In this document: one piece after another, positions 57,668-64,000 of the stretch | Layout: each line of letters starts with the position of its first letter | Position numbering within the stretch: the first letter of the stretch is position 1 | Assembly (NCBI GenBank): GCA_964016885.1 | Contig: OZ024741.1 | Coordinates: forward strand, 151,652,001 to 151,716,000 | Reading direction: 5' to 3' | Length of the DNA stretch: 64,000 nucleotides | Source: Eledone cirrhosa | Taxonomy: Eukaryota | Made by a program: the position numbers and the translations under genes | The notes under the pieces: model-generated | Database searches by the model: none | Told to the model about the DNA's origin: nothing | Seen by the model: the letters and a program-made list of their open reading frames with translations, nothing else

Positions 57668-60015
57668 TCATTATTATTATTATTATTGCATTTATCTTGC
57701 TTTATGTTCATACGAGTTATCACCAAGTCACAACCAGTGACCGCAAGAGACGACAAGGTCCGCCATGTTCAAGAAAGAACATACATGCACACACATGCAT
57801 CTTGTGATGTATTTATATTGACAGAATCCTCCTTAGTATATGGGCAGTTCCCATTAGTAATATCTTCTGTATTTCTTCTATACGCGGGTTTCCTGGGATT
57901 TGCGATAAGTAATCATTAGACCCCTTATGTATCATTCCTAGAGGGCCTTCAACCGCTGGTATTGTTTTCGTTCTCAACTTCCACATTTTTCCAATTTCTA
58001 TCTCCAGGTCTTTATACTTGCTCAATTTTTCAAATGTTTTTATAGATACATTCTTGTCTATTGGAACGGACATATCAATTAGCAGGCATACCCTCTCTTA
58101 AAGTCCTTCAGTATTATATCAGGTCTATTTGCATCTATTTTTCGGTCTGTTTGGAAGCTAAAATTCCACAAGATTGAGATGTGATCTTTTTCAAGTATGG
58201 GAGGTGGTTGATGCTCCCACCAATCCTTTTGACGGGGCAGGTCAAAATTCTTACACATTATCAAACGTATGTATTGTGCAGCTCTGTGGTGCCTGTTTAG
58301 GTATTCGGTTGGAGCTATAGGACTGCACATTGAAATTATATGATCAATGGTCTCTGGTTGTTTTTTACATACACGGCATAATGGGTTACATCCATTTTTT
58401 ATTATGTTGGCTTGGTAATTTTTTTGTTGGAAGGCACTGATCTTGTGCCGATATAATCAGTCCTTGAGTCTTCAATTTCAGTCCAGAGGATGCCAACCAC
58501 TGATGGGTTAAAGTTTTGTCAACATCAGAATTTTTAGCTCTTTCTGGGTATTTTCCATACAGAAGCTTTTCTTGCCATTTCTTAGTCAGTTTCTGTAGCA
58601 GTTCTTTCTTTGCAGTTACTTTTACCTGCTTTGCTTTTTCTGTGTTTTTCATTTCAGCAGTAAATGGAACTTCTGAAATGTGTAGTTCATTACTGTATCT
58701 TTGTGCATCTTTTGTAATGGAGTATGATCTTTTGATGCTTTCATGTTTCAAAATGAGTTTGATCATCCAATCATGTGATTCCCTTAGATATGTAGATAAT
58801 CCAATTGTTGCAGTTTTCAAAGCAATATCTAACTGGATTAATCCACATCCCCCTTCTTTCCCAGGGAGATATATTCTATCTGTATCTGCCTTAAGGTGAT
58901 GCTTTCTGTGTATGGTTAAGAATTTTCAAATTTTTGTATCGAGGTTACTGATCTCTGTGCTTGACCAGTTGATGACACTGTAACTGTAGGTTACTACTGG
59001 TATAGCAAGCGTGTGTATGGCATCGATCCTATTCCTTGCATTCAATTTCGTTCTTAAGATTGCTCTTACTCTGCGGTAACATTCCTTCCTTATCCATTCC
59101 CTCATTGTCGAGTGCTTGATTCCGTCTCCTTCACAAACACCTAGATATTTGTAAGATTCCTCTTGATCAAGTTCTCTTATCACATTCCTCCTATCAAGAT
59201 TAATGCCTGATCTTTTCAGCAGCTTTCCTCTGGTGAACGTGGCTTTGGCGCATTTATCTAGTCCAAACTCCATTTTAATATCATCTCTGAACTGCTTCAC
59301 AGTGGATAATAGCCCTTGCAATTGCTCATCATTTTTTGCAAATAGTTTCAGGTCATCCATGTAGAACAAGTGAATAATGGTTTTGTCATAGACTTTATAT
59401 CCATGTTTTGTTTCATTGAGCATTTTATTTAATGGTATAAGTGCGATGCAGAATAAAAGCGGTGATAAAGAGTCACCCTGAAAAATTCCACAATTAATAT
59501 TAACTTCTCCAGTGATTTTTTTTCATTATTCAACAGGAGTGTCGTTTTCCATGTCTTCATACTGAATGACAGGAACCTCCTGACAACGGGAGATATTTTG
59601 AAAATCTCTAAACACTTTTCGATCCAACTGTGTGGCAAGCTATCGGATGCTTTTTTGTAATCTATCTAAGCAATTGATAGATTTTTGTGTCTATTATGAC
59701 AATCTTCCAGTATCATTTTGTTAACCAAAAGCTGATCCTTTGCTGGATTTTCTAAGAGCTAAACGCAGACGTTCAACTGTTATATTTTCCCATGTCTGTT
59801 CCTCAGGGTCAGTTCTATCTTTCATTTGTCTGTCTATACATTGGGCATGTATATTATGAAATTTTTCTTCGACCCAGATTTTTTCCCAGAATTCTTGCAC
59901 TTCCTTCTTGGGGGGTATTGATTTAGCAGTTATTGTTGACTTGCCAATTTTTCTGTAGAAGTTTCTTTGGTTGTTTTTTAACATATTATTGTCCTTATAG
60001 AATCTAGATCGTTTA
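57668..60015 (-). mobile_element. R4/Dong-clade LINE, disrupted, ending in a (TAA)n tract
   Basis: HLFYMDDLKLFAK, FGLDKCA, YKYLG, ISAQDQ, ANRPDII and KLSKYKDL motifs; (TTA)n on + at 57668-57688. Confidence 0.9.
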
Positions 60016-60018
60016 TTT

Positions 60019-60222
60019 GGATTGGCAGAATCGGTAGAGGATCGGACGCCATGCTTTGACGCATTGAGTTACGGTCCTTGCCATTCTGAGTTTAAATCCC
60101 GCCGAGGTTAACTTTGCCTTTCATCCTTACGGAGTGGATAAAATAAAGTACCAGTAATACACTGGGGTGATAGCTGGCCTTGTGCCAAAAGTAGAAACAA
60201 TTATTATTATTATTATTATTGT
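60019..60222 (+). mobile_element. SINE family A
   Basis: Full-length copy with (TTA)n tail. Confidence 0.85.
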
Positions 60223-60294
60223 TATTCATTGAGTCTCAGTCATTGATGTTATTTAATTGGAAAGTTTGTTGAAATGAATATCAAGCCGCTACCT

Positions 60295-61045
60295 GCAGCC
60301 TCAGATATTCAGGACGTATCGGAGGGTTCTTGCTGTTCCCAGCAAGCATCACTTTTCAAGTGTTCCAAAAAGCGGGGCTGGACTAATCTTCTTTAACCAT
60401 CCTTGGAAACTCTTTGAGATAGTACCTAGTGCGCCTATGACAATCGGGACGACCTTGACTTCATGGAAGTTCCACATCCTTTTTACCTCCCACTTTAAGT
60501 CCTGGTATCGGTTAATTTTCTCCCTCTACTTTTCTTGCACTCTCGTGTCAAATGGGCAGGCTACATCTACAATCAGGCAGGATCTTTTTTCCTTGTCGAA
60601 AACCACCAGGTCAGGCTTATTGTGTTCTCATTTCTTGTCCGTCTGTATCCTGAAATCCCATAGCACCTTCACCTGATCGTTTTCTATCACCGACTCTGGC
60701 TTATGCTCATACCACTTCTCAGAATGTGGTAAATTGTTTACTTTGCATAGGTGCCAGTAGATCACCCTGCCTATCACATCATGTCTCCAGCCTTTATAGT
60801 GAGTCTGGGCTAGGTGTTTACACTCGGATACAATGTGAGCCACTGTCTCCTCTCTCTCTCCACAGATCCTTCACAGTGGGCTAGCCTCCTCCTTGTAAAT
60901 ATGGTGTTTCACCCACTTCGTTCTGAGGGCCTGCTCTTGCGCAGCCATTAGCATTCCTTCTGTAGCCTTTTTAAGGTCTCCTCTTTTCAACCAGTTCCAT
61001 GTCTGTGGATCTCTAAATTCAGTTTTCTTAAAGAAGGTACTATGA
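60295..61045 (-). mobile_element. 3' fragment of another R4/Dong-clade LINE (CCHC plus endonuclease)
   Basis: AAQEQAL, CRICGEREETVAHIVSEC, RHD, LWDF.IQTD and KPDLVV motifs. Confidence 0.88.
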
Positions 61046-61067
61046 AGAAATCATTATTATTATTAAT

Positions 61068-61365
61068 CTCGCCGAGGTTAACTTTGCCTTTCATCCTTAC
61101 GGGGTCGATAAAATAAAGTACCAGTAATGTACTGGGATAATTGCTGGCCTCGTGCCAAAAGTAGAAACAATTATTATTATTATTATTATTATTATAACTC
61201 CATGCTTCACAGCACAGAGTTATGGCCCTTTACGTTCTGAGTTCAAATCCCACTCATGTTAACTTTGCCTTTCATCCTTACGGGGTCGAAAAAATAAAGT
61301 ACCAGTAATGCACTGGAATAATTGCTGGCCTTGTGCCAAAAGTAGAAACAATTATTATTATTATT
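61068..61365 (+). mobile_element. Two tandem, 5'-truncated SINE family A copies (61068-61194 and 61198-61365)
   Basis: Two consecutive cores, each ending AAAGTAGAAACAATTATTATT. Confidence 0.85.
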
Positions 61366-61564
61366 GAGTCTGAACGGACGTCTTTTTGCTCGCTCTCGTA
61401 AGTTTATTTATTTACCTGTCAAAACTTATTTATTGAATTTTGTGTTGTTTCATACAAGCCCTTGGACTTTGCCCTGTGAAGAGGAAAGAATAATATTTGG
61501 GCCTGTTGGCCCAAATATTTGAACTCTTTTACATTTTAAAAAATTATCGAAAAAAAAAAAAAAC

Positions 61565-63558
61565 ATGGCCGAGCCATGCCCTCCAGCGATATGTCTGCTG
61601 TCGTGCGACAACGACGTAAAAGTTGAGAGGAGCGCTACGGTAAAATTAACAGAAATTGATACAACAAACACCACCACAAACAACGTGAACAAAGACAGCA
61701 ATGATAACAACACTGAGAACTCTAATTTTGAAAAAAATGACAGTAACTGCGACAACGAAAATACAGATAACAGAAAAAATGACAAATGCAACAACAATAT
61801 CAACACCACTAACATGAAAACAAATAGCGACAATACCAACAGCAACAATACCAACTGCACCGAGAACAACGACGGCACCAAAGACAACAATGATAACAGC
61901 GACAGTGATAACAACAACACCAAACAGAACAACGACAACAACAACAACACCCCCAACGACAACAAGAAGAACACTCTCGCTGCGGCAGCAGCAAAAAAGA
62001 GGCCATGCTTCAACATGGACCTCTCAAATAAAGATGAAAAGTTGGCCCAGGCCTGGAAGCTCATCAAGCAAGAGCAAACCTGGGCCAACTTAACTGTCCC
62101 AGTAGAAGCTATTGAGGCAGTGGAGCGCAGAACGGGGCATTATAGATGCATCTCAGCACAAACCAAAAGGGCAGCTTTAATCCCACAAGAAGATGTCGAA
62201 GTCGCGCTGAGGTGCATCAGAGATGACACCGAATACATAGCGAGGGGCAGACAGTACAGCACCATTTCGGTGCTGTTCAAGTCAGAAGCCCTCGCTATGA
62301 AACAAGCTGTGACTCCTTGCAAAACCAGAAAGGTCATAATGAATTCCTCGCACATGGTGAAAAGAACGGCCCGTCTCCGCATTCCCAGAATCCCACCAGG
62401 ACTTGACACGTGGTGGCTTCTGGGATGTGTGATTGTGGAGGGGACGGATACCGTCCCGATAGAAGTGACAAGAACGGCCAGAGAGGACTGGTCCGGGTTG
62501 ACCTGGAGACACTTCTCCAGATCAGGCCGGAGAATGTGAAGACAATCCCGGACCACATCCGCCTTCAGAATGGGACGGTCATTCATATTATAACCGAGGG
62601 CAAAAGGCCGCATTGTTTTGTTTGTGGGGAAAAAACCCATTTGCGAGCCTTCTGCCCTCAACTGCTGAAAGATGCAAGGGGTCGAAGGGCTCCACTGCTG
62701 CCGACGCCGAGGCGAGGACCACAACCAACACCAGCACCAGCAAAACCACCAACATCAAAACCAATAGAAAATTCACCACCAACATTGACCATCCAGGGGA
62801 AAACGAGGGAAGTTGTCAAATTCCCTCTCCTCCCCAAAATACACACATCAATAAAAACATAAACACACACACAGATACAGACACATTTATAGACACAGAC
62901 CCCTCATCTACCAGTAGTAAAGATGAGGGAAAACCAAAATCCCCCAAAATACAAAAAAGGAAACACATAAAGTAAAAAAAACTCAACAAAGCACAAAATC
63001 ACCCACAATAAAAACTGCAGACACCACCCACGCAAAGATCTCTCCAATAACACCAACATCAACACCACCATCTCCATCACCATCATCAGAATCCCCCAAA
63101 CGCAAACAACCTAAACAGACGCAAGAACAAATACACACACAATCATCTGAAACCACAGACACCGCACTCACAACAAACACAGACACAACCGAAACAACAC
63201 CACCAAAACCATCACCACCACAGACACGCAAACAAATAAAATCACACCAACAAAACATACAAAACTTCGTGCTCGTCAGGAGGGCCAACAAGGAACTGAT
63301 GGCCCTCGTAGCACGAAGTGAAAATAAACGAAAAGAGGGGAAATTTTTCAATCGAGCACATTTCGCGTGCCGGAAGATTTGTTTCTGGTGCGAATGTCGC
63401 TCGATTTATACAAAGAAATACGAGACAGCTTTCCTCGGGACGTGCGAACCCCGAACGTAAAACCCACTTCAAGACTTTTAAAGGAGTTCCCAAAAGAAAC
63501 CCCACCAACTATGGAGGTCGAACCATCCGACCTTCACAAGAGCCCGGAAAGTAAGTAA
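61565..63558 (+). pseudogene. LINE ORF1 (gag-like), frameshifted
   Basis: ATG at 61565, an Asn-rich segment, CFVCGEKTHLRAFC (C-x2-C-x4-H-x4-C) in ORF 62410-62862 and a Thr/Pro/Lys-rich tail. Confidence 0.75.
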
Positions 63559-63590
63559 ACCTTTCCTCTCTCTCTTTTTAACCTACCAAC

Positions 63591-64000
63591 ATGGCCGTAT
63601 TAAGAGTAGGATGTTTAAATGTTCGAGGCCTGGGATCGTCCTGGAAGCAGGGTCACCTGCTCAACGACCTCAGGTCTATAGAAATGGATGTAATTGCCGT
63701 CAGCGAGACCAGGATTTCCGACACGCGCGCACTAGCCCCCATTTTCGACGACTATCAGATCTTTGCATCTGTTAGCCGGCCGGGAATGGAGGGCCGGGTG
63801 GCAGTGCTGTTTAGGAAAGGCCTGGATCTCGAGGTAAGGTCGATCTTCCGGGACCCGGACGGGAAGTTGGTGGTCCTGGACGTGAACAATAACGGAGGTG
63901 GTGCCTTTAGACTGGTGGCCGTCTATGCCCCTACTGGGGCAGAACGGCCGGACTTCTTTAGACGCCTCGAAGCCTTTCTGGGTACGTCTCGCCCTTTACT
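63591..64000 (+). CDS. LINE ORF2 N-terminus: APE-type endonuclease (partial, open to the window end)
   Basis: MAVLRVGCLNVRGL...DVIAVSETR...RVAVLFRK...GKLVVLDV...RLVAVYAP...FF..L. Confidence 0.88.
   Translation, partial: MAVLRVGCLNVRGLGSSWKQGHLLNDLRSIEMDVIAVSETRISDTRALAPIFDDYQIFASVSRPGMEGRVAVLFRKGLDLEVRSIFRDPDGKLVVLDVNNNGGGAFRLVAVYAPTGAERPDFFRRLEAFLGTSRPL

Larger units (their letters stand above)
61366..64000 (+). mobile_element. Tx1/L1-clade LINE, 5' end (5' UTR, ORF1, start of ORF2); continues beyond the window
   Basis: ORF1-like region with a zinc knuckle followed by an APE endonuclease start. Confidence 0.85.

Noticed and set aside
61450-62724. Antisense ORFs of 212 aa and 194 aa
   Set aside because: They are shadows of the low-complexity Tx1 ORF1 on the opposite strand.

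Overview
This is AT-rich eukaryotic, intron/intergenic-type DNA saturated with (TA)n, (CA)n, (CATA)n, (GATA)n, (GA)n and (GAT)n microsatellites. The SINE and LINE content suggests a coleoid cephalopod such as Octopus (inference, not verified). Nearly all listed ORFs are microsatellite artefacts. The real coding remnants are retroelements: four R4/Dong-type RLE LINE copies, Tx1/L1-type LINE pieces including a 5' end running off the window, and several Penelope-like elements. There are also about ten tRNA-derived SINEs, a non-autonomous Helitron, a pogo-type MITE family and decayed piggyBac-like pieces. One candidate host first coding exon lies at 51624. The main hunt result is a dense set of minimal type I hammerhead ribozyme motifs, read by eye. 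At least six sequence-unrelated families occur, three with the U3-A8 compensatory core, and each has a palindromic stem III. They sit in short elements that form local foldbacks inside TA tracts, and one is a 320-bp tandem-plus-inverted monomer resembling a retrozyme. All calls are by-eye reads with no database search, folding or alignment run.
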